Below, piece after piece: positions 30,476 to 46,898 of a stretch of 64,000 bases of DNA (position 1 is its first letter; the number at the start of each line of letters is the position of its first letter). The DNA lies in NCBI GenBank assembly GCA_951406725.2, contig OX597835.1:12276001-12340000 (forward strand). The letters run 5' to 3'. The DNA is from Octopus vulgaris. Taxonomy: Eukaryota. Position numbers and translations under genes: made by a program. The notes below the pieces were generated by a model. That model searched no databases, was not told the DNA's origin, and saw nothing but the letters and a program-made list of their open reading frames with translations.

Positions 30476-30834
30476 CTGTAAGTATACATATATCTTTTAC
30501 TTCCTCCAGTCATTAGACTGCGGCCATACTGGAGCACCGCCTTGAGACTGTAGTCGAACAAATCGACCCCAGAACTGTTTTTAAGCCTGATACTTATTTT
30601 ATCGTACCTTTCCCCGAACCACTAAGTTACGGGGAAGAAAATAAACCAACACCGGCTGTCAAGCGGTGGAGGGGGACAAACAAAAAAACTCACATAGATA
30701 TTTGTAGATATATATAACGGGCTTCTTTCAATTTTCGTCTACCAAATCCACTCACAAGGCTTTGGTCGGCCCAAGGCTATAGTGGAAGACACTTGCCCAA
30801 GGTGCCACTTCTATCAAAACAACCACGCCTGTAC

Positions 30835-31907
<1,073 letters not shown>

Positions 31908-32227
31908 AATATACTAACAAACACTGGTCCAGTTTCCTGTACAGGTGATGTGCTACACCTTATGGATTTATTTCGCTTTGTTATTGGGGCAGTGATCAAT
32001 TTAGATCCATAACATGCTCGTGTGATAGAGTGTATGCCATTATCTTCACACGAACCTCGGATGAGCGGCCGTTATTTGTAAGTATTATCGCCATTAAACT
32101 ATATAATATGCCGTTTGTAGTCATATCTTTACTAAGCTACAGCCGAGCTCACACACAGACGCATATGTATGTGTGTGTGTGTGCGTGTATGTGTGTGTTT
32201 ATATGTATGTATGTGTATGTATGTATA

Positions 32228-32307
<80 letters not shown>

Positions 32308-32368
32308 CATATATATATACATACATATACATACATACACATACATACATATAAACACACATATAAAA

Positions 32369-32421
<53 letters not shown>

Positions 32422-32452
32422 CAAAATAAGCAACAAGGATATCCAGAGGTAA

Positions 32453-32539
32453 TGCAGTACAATCGTTTCATGCGACTCCATTTAATTGAACAATGCAAAC
32501 ATTACATCAATTTAAAATGTAGAGCAATCTTCAGCTGCA
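32453..32539 (-). ncRNA. Type I hammerhead ribozyme motif, canonical core, long stem II
   Basis: Reverse complement TGCAG-CTGAAGA-TTGC...GCAT-GAAAC-GATT-GTA|CTGCA: 5-bp stem I; stem II extended by CATTT/AAATG and AATTGA/TCAATT. Confidence 0.8.
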
Positions 32540-32945
32540 CAAAAATATAGAACTTAATTAAATTCGAAGGATTAATTAGTATAATTTTATCCAAAACCTC
32601 CAAGAGGATAAGGAGATAGACAATGCTAATGGAACAGGAGAAGTCTTATCGTATAGTAGTAGTACATAGGCGGCGAGCTGGCAGAAGCGTTAGCACACCG
32701 GGCGAAATGCTTAGCTGTATTTCGTCTACCGTTACGTTCTGAGTTCAAATTTCGCCGAGGTCGACTTTGCCTTTCATCCTTTCGGGGTCGATAAATTAAG
32801 TACCAGTTACACACTGGGGTCGATGTAATCGACTTAATCCCTTTGTCTGTCCTTGTTTGTCCTCTCTGTGTTTATCCCCTTGTGGCTAGTAAAGAAATAA
32901 GTAGTACATTTACCTACTATAAAACAATGCTATTATTAATATATA

Positions 32946-33161
32946 TAACCCTAACCCCTAACCCCTAACCCCTAACCCTAACCCTAACCCCTAACCCTAA
33001 CCCAAAACCTAAACCTAACCCTAACCCTAACCCCTAACTAACCCCTAACCCCTAACCCCTAACCCTAAACCCTAACCCCTAACCCTAACCCTAACCCAAA
33101 CCCAAACCCAAACCCCTAACCCAAACCCAAACCCAAACCCAAACCCTAACCCTCACCCTAA
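32946..33161 (-). repeat. Interstitial telomeric repeat (TTAGGG)n with TTAGGGG and TTTGGG variants
   Basis: Direct reading of CCCTAA, CCCCTAA and CCCAAA units. Confidence 0.9.
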
Positions 33162-33617
33162 TAAAGGAAAATTTAGGTAAAAGAATACGTTAAAATTATA
33201 TATTAAATATTACCAATTTTAGTCTGAGCATATTTCTTATATTATAAACAGTGAATATATCAGCATAGTTTCATATAAGCTGAGTGTGAAATTTATAGAG
33301 ATATAGGACTTAGAATAATTTAGTAAATAAATAAAGTGGTTAATATATTAACCCTTTTACCTCTTTTCTATATTGTTCTAACTATGATTATCTATTTTAT
33401 TTTATTTTAAAACTAGCTCTTATTTATTTATTTACAAAATAACTCTAAGATTTATATCTCTATAAATTTCATACTCGGCTTATATAAAACTATGCTGGTA
33501 TATTCACTATTTATGGATTGGACATATTATTCCCTCCTTCAGCTGGCTTGGCAGTTTGCCATTTGCAAGAAACCTCTGGAAGGGAATCTGGAGGGGTTTT
33601 GTCAGGGCATCCTTACA

Positions 33618-33686
<69 letters not shown>

Positions 33687-34123
33687 GTTAATCCAAACAA
33701 GAAATCACAAAAAAACACAACAACGCGAGGACGTGGAACAAATATAGTATTATTGGACGCTCAGGAAAGAAGGAAAGAAGGAGAGTTTAACGTTTCGAGC
33801 GGAGCTCTTCGTCGGAAACATAGGAGAATGAAAGATCCAGAGAAGGGAAGACAGAGGGGGGAAAAAATCGCCAACGGTACACACGAGGTCACATATCCTC
33901 TTATTATTTTACTTGTTTCGGCCATTTGACTGCGGTCATGCTGGAGCACTGCCTTTAGTCGAGCAAATCGACACCAGGACTTATTCTTTGTAAGCCTAGT
34001 GCTTATTCTATCGGTCTCTTTTTCCGAACCGATGATTTACAGAGACGTAAAAACACCACCATCACTTGCCAAGCGATGTTGGGGGTGGGAGACAAACACA
34101 GACACACAAACATATACACATAC

Positions 34124-34218
<95 letters not shown>

Positions 34219-34244
34219 TATATATATATGTATATATATATATG

Positions 34245-34945
<701 letters not shown>

Positions 34946-35404
34946 TATATATAAGGATTAAAATCACGTTAAGGATTTTTATCAAGTAGTCAACATGCTA
35001 TATATATTTTTTATAGGCAATTTATACATTAAATTAATAATAATGTACATATGTACATAATTATATTAAAAGAACAAGAGGTCTTTTTCATTTTCTTTCA
35101 CTAGCCCGCTTTCAGCCATGTGTATATTTATCTGGAGTTTTTGGTAGTTTTTTTTAAGGTATCACCACTTCAAATATGCTGGAGAGAGGTCATTTTTGCC
35201 CTTGCTCACTTAATATAATTATGTGTGTGTGTGTGTGTACGACGGGCTTCTTTCAGTTTCAGTCTGCCAAATCCACTCACAAGGCTTTTGTCGGGTCGAG
35301 GCTATAGTAGAAGACACCTGCCTAAGGTGCCACGCAGTGGGACTGAACCCGGAACCATTTGGTTGGTAAGCAAGTTACTTATCACACAGCCACTCCTGCG
35401 ATAA

Positions 35405-35456
<52 letters not shown>

Positions 35457-35682
35457 TTTACCATGATAGATCGCTAGCCATTAAACATTTTTCCCCTGTT
35501 CCTTTCTGTCGAAGAGCGTAGGCTCGAAACATAAAAGACTTTCTCACTTCCCGAGCGTTAAACTAATACACCTGTTTGTTGTTTACACACCCGTCTTCGT
35601 ATATTTTTTTTGTAAATTCTCACTATATATATATGTGTATATATATAAATATCATATATCATATATATCATAGATAGATACA

Positions 35683-36450
35683 TGATGGCTGCCCCCTCGT
35701 TATCGAGTATGGCCATTGCACGAAGCTTAACTGTTACTGGTGCTGTGATCGAATGTGACTTTTTAGCCCAGCTAAAGATCTGCAATGTCTTGTACAGAAT
35801 TGGCAACTAAAACTTTTACTGCTAATAGCCGGCTGTAGTTGTAACTGGGCTTCATGTACCATTGCATGTCGTTTAAGTCCACCTGCCGAATTACACTCTC
35901 TTCCACCTGCCCGACAGAAATGATTAGTATGGTGTGTTACACCACCATCAGTGACCAGGTAGATACATGCATACATGATGGCCGACCTTCAGGAACATTG
36001 TGCGCTCTAGGACTAACTTATATTTTGCATTTGCGGCTCCGTTGGTGGCTAATGAGCCCTGCTCTTGACAAGCATACACGACTGCAAACATTGCAGACCA
36101 AGCTTTCTCCATTCACAAATTTTATAGATAGAGGTCTGCAATGCCTGTACAGAGTTTTAGGTTCAATAAGGCTTGCACAACACCTCATAGACCCTCTCCA
36201 CTTTATTGACATTATCCAGAGACAAGCCAGACCAAGATGCCTGGTGCCAATATGAGTCGCAGGCTCAGGGATGTGGGAGCGCCGTGATCTCTAGCACAAA
36301 CCAAAGATCCCCAAAATGTCCAATGCCATTCCCTGCATATCTTGTTTTATATCAAAGTGACCTTCTCCTAGAGGCATGCTTTAATAAAAGCTGAGGGGCA
36401 CCTCACTCCCAGTGGTCTTTCAGCACGCCGGACACCACCCCGGAATTTCT
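35683..36450 (-). mobile_element. RTE-like LINE 3' region with C2H2-like knuckles (shorter copy at 55392-55620)
   Basis: CNVCSRVCLSRAGLISHQR and CQFCTRHCRSLAGLKSHIR in a stop-ridden frame; both copies share the same 3' terminus. Confidence 0.65.
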
Positions 36451-36969
36451 GCGTACCCGTGCTACATACATACATACATACATACATATATCGAGACAGG
36501 TAGAGAGCGAAAGAGAGATACAGAGGAGCAGAGGCAGGGAGGGGAAATAGGCAGACAGAAAGACAGACAGACATTTGTTATGGACGGAATCAAAATCTGT
36601 GCCGAATGACAAACTGGTACCCTCTGTAAAATATTTTTAAAACTCGGTGGACTGTGTCATTGAGAGTTAAAATATTTTACATACAGCTCTATGCTAGGCT
36701 GTTGACAGAATACATGCTACAGGCCCGTTTCGGTTATTTGTCCTGTAAGCCTAATTAGCCGGGTCAGTAACTCTCTCCGTCGAATTGACGTAAGAAACTT
36801 TATTTACGTTTTAATAACCACCTTTCGTAATAATCGTAATTGTTGCTATTTTGTTTGTTATCGTGCGGCTGATGCGGCTGATGCGGCTGATGCGGCTGAT
36901 GCGGCTGATGCTGCTTCTATCATTTTATTGATTATCCTAGAATCGAATAGAAAAGAGGAAACTGGCGAC

Positions 36970-37004
<35 letters not shown>

Positions 37005-37117
37005 AATACAAGGTCTCTCACCTCAGCTGTGACTGTTTCTAGTATTGACAGTGATGCATAAGGTTTTCACTTATGTGAAAGCGTTGCCAAGCACGCTCAC
37101 GTATCACCACCACACAT

Positions 37118-37175
<58 letters not shown>

Positions 37176-37433
37176 ATTCACACATTCACATACACGCATA
37201 TGCAAACAATACTCATACATACACATAAACACATGTACACGTATGAATGTGCGTGCGTGCGTGCGTGTGTGTGTGTGTGTGTGTGTGGTTGTAATGGTTA
37301 CTAATAACTCACTGGAAAACGTTTGATAAATATATCGTGCTAAGCGAGTCGTCTCTAACACCTTCCGCGAACGTTGCAAATGTAAGCAACGAAAATATTA
37401 ACGACACGAACATCAAAACAACAAACAACAACG

Positions 37434-37494
<61 letters not shown>

Positions 37495-38649
37495 GTGGCA
37501 ACAATAACAACAACAAGAACAACAAATTGTGGATGCATAGCTTGTGATGAAAAGGAGAGAACTTCAGTTATTCACGGAGGTAAGAATTTTGTTGTTTTTT
37601 ACCATACTCTTTTACTCTTTTACTTGTTTCAGTCATTTGATAGTGGCCATGCTGGAGCACCGCCTTTTAGTCGAGCAAATCGACCCCAGGACTTATTCTA
37701 TCCGTCTCTTTTTGCCGAACCGCTAAGTTACGGGGACATAAACACACCAGCATCGGTTGTCAAGCGATGTTGGGGAACAAACACAGACAAACAAACACAT
37801 ACATATATATATATACATATATACGACAGGCTTCTTTCAGTTTCCGTCTACCAAATCCACTCACAAGGCTTTGGTCAGCCCGAGACTATAGTAGAAGACA
37901 CTTGCCCAAGGTGCCATGCAGTGGGACTGAACCCGGAACCATGTAGTTGGTAAGCAAGCTACTTGCCACACAGCCACTCCTGCGCCTATGCTACAGACCT
38001 ATTTCATATAATTATATTTTTCTATTCTCAGAAAATCATTTACCCTTCACTGTTTCAATATTTATTCATCTCCAAGATGGTGAATCTGGTAGAATCGTTT
38101 CCGCACCTGGCGAAATGCTTAGCGGCATTTCGTCCGTTGTTACGTTCAGAGTTCAAATTCCGCCGGGGTCGACTTTGCCGTTCATCTGTTTCGGGGTCGA
38201 TAAAATAAGTACCAGTAGAACACTGGGGTCGATGCAATCGAGTTACCCCATTCCATGAAATTTCTGGCGTTGATGCCAGAATTGGAAACCAATTTTAGTT
38301 ATATTTGAATAGTGGCAAACTGGCAGAATCGTTAGCACACTAGGTGGAATGCTTGGCAGCATTTCGTCCGTCCTTAAGTTCAAATGCCACCGGAGTCGAC
38401 TTTACCTTTCATCCTTTCGGGGTCGATAAAATAAGAACCAGTCTAACACTAGTCAAGCACTGGGGGTCGATGTGATCGTGTTATCCCGTCCCACGAAATC
38501 GCTGGCCTTGTGCTAAGATTTGAAACCAATATTAATAATCTCCACGAGAAAGTAATGAACATCTCAAACTCCCATAACCCTATCTTTTAAAACATAACAC
38601 CTTTTTTCTCTAAGTATTTCTGGATGAAATAAATATCTTAATACCCAGG

Positions 38650-39070
38650 TACCAGGATATTCGGCTCCCAAGGACAATCACATAATTGTGAGCCCATTTC
38701 TCCAAACCGTACGTTGGAGTACCCTTTTCTCTCAGCCCTATGATTTGTTCACCCTCTCTTCCCATCCCTACAATGTACATCCACTTCTCTCATTCCTGCA
38801 CTGTCCGTCCTCTTCTCCAAGCTCTACACTGTGTACCCCCTTCTCTCATTCCTACAATGTTGACGCCCTTCTCCACCAAAATTTGGCACCATTCCTTCCA
38901 GGATCTTCCAGATATATATCACTGCATACCTCTCTCGTCTTCTCTCCAGGGAGTAGGGTCTTAGCTGTTTCAACCTTTACCAGTAGCTGAGCTGTTGCAA
39001 AGAGACGATCTTCTTTGTGAATCTTCTCTGGATTGCTTCAAGGTCCGCTGTTAATTTCACACCAGCCCCA
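38650..39070 (-). mobile_element. CR1/L2-group LINE ORF2 C-terminal remnant
   Basis: Minus-strand translation RRERYAVIYIWKILEGMVPNF. Confidence 0.65.
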
Positions 39071-39510
39071 CAATTTTTCTCCAGTTTTTCAAACACCTTT
39101 TAATCATGAACACTTTTACTGTAGCTGGAAAAAAAAAACGCAGTTGAAAATTTATAATTATGATGAAGAAAATCACCATGGAAATCTGACTGTGATATTT
39201 GAAATGTTTTCGTGCCGAACCGTGTGACACATGATCATACTATATTGTCCCTTCGTCTCCTGTCCTCTGCCCTCTCTTCTACTGGCCACGATCTCACCTA
39301 CTCCGTTTATTACGAAGTTTTCGTGTGTTTTAGTTGGCTTACGCAGGAGTGGCTGTGTGGTAAGTAGCTTGCTAACCAACCACATGGTTCCGGGTTCAGT
39401 CCCACTGCGTGGCATCTTGGGCAAGTGTCTTCTGCTATAGCCCCGGGCCGACCAATGCCTTGTGAGTGGATTTGGTAGACGGAAACTGAAAGAAGCCTGT
39501 CGTATATATG

Positions 39511-39543
<33 letters not shown>

Positions 39544-42500
39544 TTGTGTGTCTGTGTTTGTCTCCCTAGCATTGCTTGACAACCGATGCTGGTGTGTTTA
39601 CGTCCCCGTCACTTAGCGGTTCGGCAAAAGAGACCGATAGAATAAGTACTGGGCTTACAAAAAAGAATAAGTCCCGGGGTCGATTTGCTCGACTAAAGGC
39701 GGTGCTCCAGCATGGCCGCAGTCAAATGACTGAAACAAGTAAAAGAGTTAAAGAGTAAAAAGTAAAGAGTTACGAAATTTTGAGTAAGTTATTCAGTATT
39801 TGTGAGATGCCCTTCGATTTTAGCGCCCTAGGCGATCACCTGCTTTTCATATCGTATAGCGTTGACCCTATCTATTCTAGATTGCCGAATTCTTTAAAAT
39901 GCTGGTTCCCTGTGTCTAATTACACAAATGATAGGAACAATAATAATAAAAATAAGCGCTGGCTTTCAAATCAGCAATACCACTTTGTTAGAATTTAGAC
40001 ACTGCATGGAAGGGGAGGGCTGAGTAGATGGGTCAGCGTACAATCAACAGAAATGGGTTAAGGCTGTGTGTGGAGGTCAGTGGTTAGCGGTCAGCGGGGG
40101 TCATACAACCAGTAGGGAGATCCATGTTGCCTCGTAAGATCCGCAAACGATAGCATCTTTGCGCTCCGTTGTAGCCGTAGCCAAGGTATTTAATTATTAA
40201 ACTTTATCCTATTTAACTGTAAATAAGACATAGTGACGCGAAATAAACGAACCATTGCAACTAGCGTACTTGTCCTAGACACTGCTTATACTAATGTTAT
40301 CTTCTGTATGCTCTTGCACAGCCATTATAATCCCTGACTGCTGTTTGTCATTTATGTTTATGTGTGTGTATTTCATAGAGGTTGATTTTAGTTCTGTTAA
40401 GACTCAACTGAGCAGCTTTTAAAATGCTTCGTAGAATCACTAAATAATTGTGTTCCGGGTGCGGCATTTTACCTTACCCATCATTTAAACATGAAAAGTC
40501 ATGCGCTCCAGCTATGAAAAGGTTAAGGACTACAGCAAAATCAAACGGTGGCTATCATGGATTATAAACATATACAGAAAGAATAATGTCAATCTGACAT
40601 ATTATAAAATTCACTGTGTGTATGTGTGTGTGTATATGTGTGTATGTACGTGTGTGTTTCCTCTATGCACGGCCAAACCGCAGGATCAATCTGTACCAAA
40701 ATCAGCATGAAGGTTTTTCATTACTCGGAAGCTTCTAAGGGGTCAAAATCCTAAGAAAACACCTGACTGTTTAGCAAATGGTATTACTTACCTACTCTCA
40801 AAGAATAATGAAACCAAAAATCCAAAAGCTATCGGCATTGGATGTAAACAGCTTATTTTGATCGTTAAAATTGTTTATTTTCTCAAATCTTCGCATCATT
40901 TGAGTTTTTGCTAGGATTTTTTTTTTTTTTTTCAGTGCTTCTTCTTTTGTTGATATCAATTCTTCTCAAATACTTTTTGTGGATATGAAAACCGTACTTA
41001 CAGGAGATACTGAAAAAGTACTGTAGAAGCAGGAAAATCAGTTCTACTTTTTATAGATAATTTACATCCGTACGAGATGTAATCGTGAAATTTAAATGAT
41101 CGTTCAACAATGTGGGTTTAGTTGTTGGGTTAACTCAACTACTTACTCTAGAATTAACGTGTAAATAACCAAGCATTTCATAGACTAATAAAAACTGACA
41201 TGTGAAAATAAGGTTTCTTTTCCCTCAAAGATAAAAATAAATAAATAAATTGTTTTGTTACAAGAGCAATACGCGATACGTAGGTTACTGAAATAGAAGT
41301 CTTGGACCAACTGATTTATTTTCAAGCTAAAGATATGTTCCGAATACAGGCAACAGAGTGAAATTTGAGATCACCACCCAAGAATCAGAGCGTGGTTTTA
41401 AACCTGGGCACTGAGTAAGTCTGCCGCCATACTGGTGGTGACGCACGACAGTGAGCCATCATCGCTGTACATCCCACTGGCCGGTATTATTTGCTTGTTA
41501 GTGTATCTAAGATGAGTAATGAAACCGGTTTCTGTACCTCAGCTCCACCGCAGCTATCCATGCTAACGTCAAATGGATAGTTGTTATTTTACATTCATAT
41601 ATGGAGGAGTGCGGAGGCGCAATGGCCCAGTGGTTAGGGCAGCGGACTCGCGGTCATAGGATTGCGGTTTCGATTCCCAGACCGGGCGTTGTGAGTGTTT
41701 ATTGAGCGAAAACACCTAAAAGCTCCACGAGGCTCCGGCAGGGGATGGTGGTGATCCCTGCTGTACTCTTTCACCACAACTTTCTCTCACTCTTACTTCC
41801 TGTTTCTGTTGTACCTGTATTTCAAAGGGCTGGCCTTGTCACTCTCTGTGTCACGCTGAATATCCCCGAGAACTACGTTAAGAGTGCACGTGTCTGTGGA
41901 GTGCTCAGCCACTTACATGTTAATTTCACGAGCAGGCTGTTCCGTTGATTCGGATCAACCGGAACCCTCATCGTCGTTACCGACGGAGTGCTTCCAATAA
42001 AAAAAAAATGGAGTCGTAGAGGTACAGAGAAGTCCTAGCTTGAATTATTACCACAACATTGTTCCTGCAAATGATGTTATGGTTCGTCCCACCTATTTAA
42101 CCCCAGACCTCTCCAAAGAAAATCCAGGTGTCAGGACGTTCCGAAATAGACAGGTACAACTTTGTTTACCAACCACATGGTTCCGGGTTCAGTCCCACTG
42201 CGTGGCACCTTGGGCAAGTGTCTTCTGCTATAGCCTCGGGCCGACCAAAGCCTTACGAGTGGATTTGATAAACGGAAACTGAAAAGAAGCCCGTCGTATA
42301 TATGTGTATATATATATATATATCCGTGTGTGTGTTTGTGTGTCTGTGATTGTCTCCCTAGCATCGCTTGACAACCGATGCTGGTGTGTTTATGTCCCCG
42401 TTTCTTAGCGGTTCGGCAAAAGAGACCGATAGAATAAGTACTGGGCTTACAAAAGAATAAGTCCCGGGGTCGAGTTGCTCGATTTAAGGCGGTGCTCCAG

Positions 42501-43415
42501 CATGGCCGCAGTCAAATGACTGAAACAAGTAAAAGAGTAAAAGAGAGTAAAAGAGAGAGTAAAGAGTAATTGTTGTTTAAGAAGCTATTAAACAAAGTCA
42601 ACTACGGCATTGCTGTTGTGCCATTGTCATTTATAAAAAGTAGATTGTGTTAAAGCAAACAACCAATAGTTTTATAAACACATGAAGTGTAGCGATGGGT
42701 TAAGTGGTTAACATAGAGTAAAGTCAATTTTCAATAGGAAACTGCTAAAATATATAACCGAACAAAATAGGTAATTAGCAACATGCTAGAAATTTATCGA
42801 TAAAGACAATACATATTGACAAGTGTATGCTATGTACACATATACGTGCGTATGTGCTTATAAAAATAAATAGTATACATAAAAAAATGTATATACACAC
42901 ATATATATATATACATGTGTATGTGCGTGTGTGGGTAAAACGTGTATGCATGTGTACGGGTTTGTGTATGTATGTGTGTGTGGGGGGGGTGTACATATGT
43001 GCGAAGAGCGATTACGTGTGTATCGTCTTATATCGGTTGCGTTCTTGATTGGACCTAGAAGTGGAAACATTGTATCCAATTATTTCGTTTGATCTGTATG
43101 CCAAGGAGACTTTTACGATCTCCACATTCTGTAAATAGGTTTCAATCCTATATTAAAGAGCAATTTTCAGGAGGTGGTTTGCGTGTCATTCGACTATATA
43201 CATTTAAATTACTTTATTTAATATCAGTATACTGATTATAAAAATACCTTTTTTTTTCTTTTTCTTTTTCTTTTTTTTTTCAATAATTCTCTCTCACGTT
43301 ATTCTATTAGACAATTGAATTCCATTCTTGCTATGTTACTATTGATAACCCTTCAATGTGTTTCTTTCGTCGTTACAGATAAACTAATTTCGTCGTGGTT
43401 ATTTTATAAAGCAGG

Positions 43416-43467
43416 ATGGTCGTTACTTCAGGAAAATGTCTTGCTTACACGTTCCGTGTTCTATCTG
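43416..43467 (+). CDS. Coding exon 1 of a predicted secreted/cell-surface CTL-like + PAN-like protein (MVVTSGKCLAYTFRVLS); the exon probably starts at 43379 with 5' UTR
   Basis: Acceptor ttctttcgtcgttacAG ending 43378, in-frame TAA upstream, ATG in AGGATGG context, donor G|GTAAGT (phase 1) matching the next exon. Confidence 0.7.
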
Positions 43468-43989
43468 GTAAGTCAAACTATGTCGACGGTGTTTCAAATT
43501 TATATCTTATTTCTTCCTCTTGGTATAATTTGACACTACAGAACTTTGATAAATTATTCACCTGTTTAAATGGTTTAATATTAGCTTTGCGCCATGTTAG
43601 GAATGCGTCTGTCGTACGCTGTGATTGTGGAACATGCTATTGTGCGAGAAAGTAGATGTTTAACAATTTGAACCCTACAAGGTCGCTCTAACAGGAGTGA
43701 TCTTGTTTGACTAAACCCCTGAAAGTCACAAAGTGGGGCCGGTTACATGGTTTTGTGTTTACGGTTGACAAAAATCCATGTTTAGGCCAATTAGTGAGCC
43801 CTAAACACAAAAACCATTTGACTGCCCATTTTGCGTTCTCCAGAGGTATAACCAAACAAAATGGCGCCCACTACAGCGTGCCCTGCTCGTGGTTTCAAAG
43901 AGCTTGGTCTAATAGTTACCAAAGTTTGCATTCCATTGCCAACTCTTTGTCAATTACTAAGCGAATGTTAGTCATTCTAAGATCACCAG

Positions 43990-45210
43990 CCTGTAAAGAC
44001 TTATAACAAGCCTTTAGTTACCCTACTTTGATACCTGCATCTTTTCTGTTCAACATAAGCGATGAAGAGGTTATAAGTCGAAAATTTGGCACCAATTTAC
44101 ATTTCAAGTGGTCTTTGAGACCTAACAACATTCATAAAGTTGTGCAGCGGTCCTTTCATACAACTGTATAAAATTTTTCAGCCAATAATCTTGTACTTCA
44201 TCCGAGTCCTTTTCAATTTGGTAATTTTTAAATTTCATTCTCACTAAATGCATATCAATTCTGACTTCCATTTTGTCTCTACACCTGTGTTAACCACTCT
44301 GCACTTTTTCATGTCTCACTGGCCGGTCCCAAAGTTCTACCCAGAATACTTTACTTTCTTCCGCATCAAGAATCACTTCCTGATGTTATTCCTCCTTTAT
44401 TTCCTCAAAAACACGCCTTCTATTTGATTAAAACAATCTATTCTGTTCAAAACCTTTGCATCTTGCATCATATCTTTTCAATTTGACCTTTAACGTCATC
44501 ACCCTTTCTAACACTTCATATACTGTTTGTTTTTCCGTCTCTTCTAACCTGTACTGTCCATTCAATTTTCTGATTACTACCTCATTCTTGAGCTCTCCTC
44601 TCATTGTTCCATTTCATTTCCTCCCTCAGTTCTTCTCGTGTCTTTTCCAACTTCCTTTGTACTCTCTGCCTCCAGTTGGATTCCTTCTTTCCCTGTCCTT
44701 TCTTTTCTTCAACACTCTTCCGCTTGTATTCTTCTATGTCGGCTTCAACATTTGCGGCAGCCATCATTAGCTGGTTTATTTCGCTAATTTTCTTTATTTT
44801 GACCAAACTCAAAACACCATTTTGCCTGTGACTCTCCTTACTTCCTTTGTACTCTCTGCCTCCAGTTGGATTCTTTCTTTCCCTGTCCTTTCTTTTCTTC
44901 AACACTCTTCCGCTTGTATTCTTCTATGTCGGCTTCAACATTTGCGGCAGCCATCATTAGCCTGGTTTATTTCGCTAATTTTCTTTATTTTGACCAAACT
45001 CAAAACACCATTTTGCCTGTGGCTCTCCTTACTTTTTCTCTGTCCATTACATTTGGTTGCATTTCATTGTTCACACCAAACATCGCAGCATTTCTTGAAT
45101 ATTCTCCTCTTCATTGTTCTTCTTCGACATTTATTGTCATTTATCCAGCTAAATTACCTTCGTTATTTACATCATCAGCATTCTCATGCACAGAATGGTT
45201 TCATTTCTTT
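43990..45210 (-). mobile_element. R4/Dong-like LINE remnant (pre-RT/RT region) with an internal ~190-bp tandem duplication
   Basis: DEVQDYWLKNFIQLYERTAAQLYEC and NFRLITSSSLM (cf. NFRPITCL); 44650-44840 is repeated at 44840-45030. Confidence 0.6.
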
Positions 45211-45288
45211 TTCATCTTCATTATCATTATTATTATTATTATAAAAGAATTTATTATTATATTATTATTATTATTAATATTATTATTA

Positions 45289-45326
<38 letters not shown>

Positions 45327-45342
45327 AAAGAATTTATTATTA

Positions 45343-45406
<64 letters not shown>

Positions 45407-45451
45407 AAAGAATTTATTATTATATTATTATTATTATTAATATTATTATTA

Positions 45452-45482
<31 letters not shown>

Positions 45483-45499
45483 AAAAGAATTTATTATTA

Positions 45500-45545
<46 letters not shown>

Positions 45546-45550
45546 AAAGA

Positions 45551-45629
<79 letters not shown>

Positions 45630-46220
45630 GAGTGAGAGAGCGCAGGGCATGCCATCAAAGTGACACTGAGGTAAAATATACGAAGCCCAGTATACCCATC
45701 ATGACTACCCATCTGATGAGGGTACACTACGCACATTCATCACAACCATGTGTGCGCGACACGGTGATCTCATATCAAGATAAACAGCACATGACCTTGC
45801 AGGTGGCGGGCCCAGTTGGAATTTTCTTCTGGTCGATTAGCAAATCTTTATATTTTCTGAGCTTATCAAATTCTTTCGCCAGAGTTACTATGGTCACAGG
45901 GTATGCTCCTCATGTCAATCAATAAACAGACTTTATTGTTTTGGTCTTTCACAACAATATCTTGTTTATTTGCTTTGATGGTCCGGTCTGTACATACTGG
46001 GAAGTCCCGAAGAATAGTTACATTTTCTCCCTTAGTTACAGCCTCAGGGTGGTTCTTCTACCATCTGTCAGCAGTTTTGATTTTATAATGCCGACACATT
46101 ATCCAGTGTAGGTATTGACCAACTCTATCATGATTTGATTTGTACTCTACAGGTGCTAAAACCTTACACCCAGAGATTAGGTGGTCCACTGTTTCAATCT
46201 CATCGTTGCATATCGACATT
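45630..46220 (-). mobile_element. R4/Dong-like restriction-like endonuclease remnant with 3' UTR, ending in (TAA)n
   Basis: HDRVGQYLHWIMCRHY...VTILRDFPVCTDRTIKANKQDIVVKD...CLLIDM (RHD..PD..D pattern). Confidence 0.75.
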
Positions 46221-46272
46221 TTGGCTCTACATCATTTTTCATCCCTTATTCTTCTTCTTCTTCTTCTTCTTC

Positions 46273-46347
<75 letters not shown>

Positions 46348-46349
<2 letters not shown>

Positions 46350-46530
46350 TAGTTTTATTTTTATAGCGTGCTTTCACTTCACTACCGAGCGCAGCTCTGT
46401 GTGCCTTGGGTATGTGCTGTGATTTGTTGAGATGCTCTGATGGTTATTGTATGGAAAGTGTTCTGCGTAGGATGTGTGCAGTGCCTAGTAGTGCAATTTT
46501 CTGTATGTTATATGTGTTTGTAAGTACTGG
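46348..46530 (-). mobile_element. R4/Dong-like extreme 3' end between two (TAA)n arrays
   Basis: NIQKIALLGTAHILRRTLSIQ* followed by a short UTR. Confidence 0.75.
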
Positions 46531-46601
<71 letters not shown>

Positions 46602-46711
46602 CATTATTATTATTATTATTATCATTATATCATAATCATCGTCATCACTGATATTACTTTCATCATCAAAATCGCAGATTGTTGTTGAATCATCGCCATT
46701 GATATTTACAG

Positions 46712-46898
46712 CAACCATACTCCTCGTATTATTAAACGCTAGTGGAAACCAGGCGGTTTCATTGCTAACGTACAGTTTGGAGGTTAACAATGGGATGGCC
46801 ATAACGTTGTGTGAATCGAACGATGCCACGATGGTCAGCATGGCTGATGACCTACATCCAAATATTAGTGAATGGTTTCAAAAGAATCGTAACAACAG
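46712..46898 (+). CDS. Coding exon 2: hydrophobic signal-peptide core (TILLVLL) and N-half of the C-type-lectin-like domain (AITLCESNDATMVSM)
   Basis: Acceptor tttacAG, donor AG|GTAAGT, open frame, phase 1 in and phase 2 out. The A-x3-C-x4-A-x-M-V-S-M pattern resembles the CTLD helix-1/beta region. Confidence 0.8.

Noticed and set aside
35734-36212. Possible C2H2 zinc-finger gene
   Set aside because: No TGEKP linkers, in-frame stops, and a second truncated copy with the same end at 55392; better explained as a LINE C-terminus.
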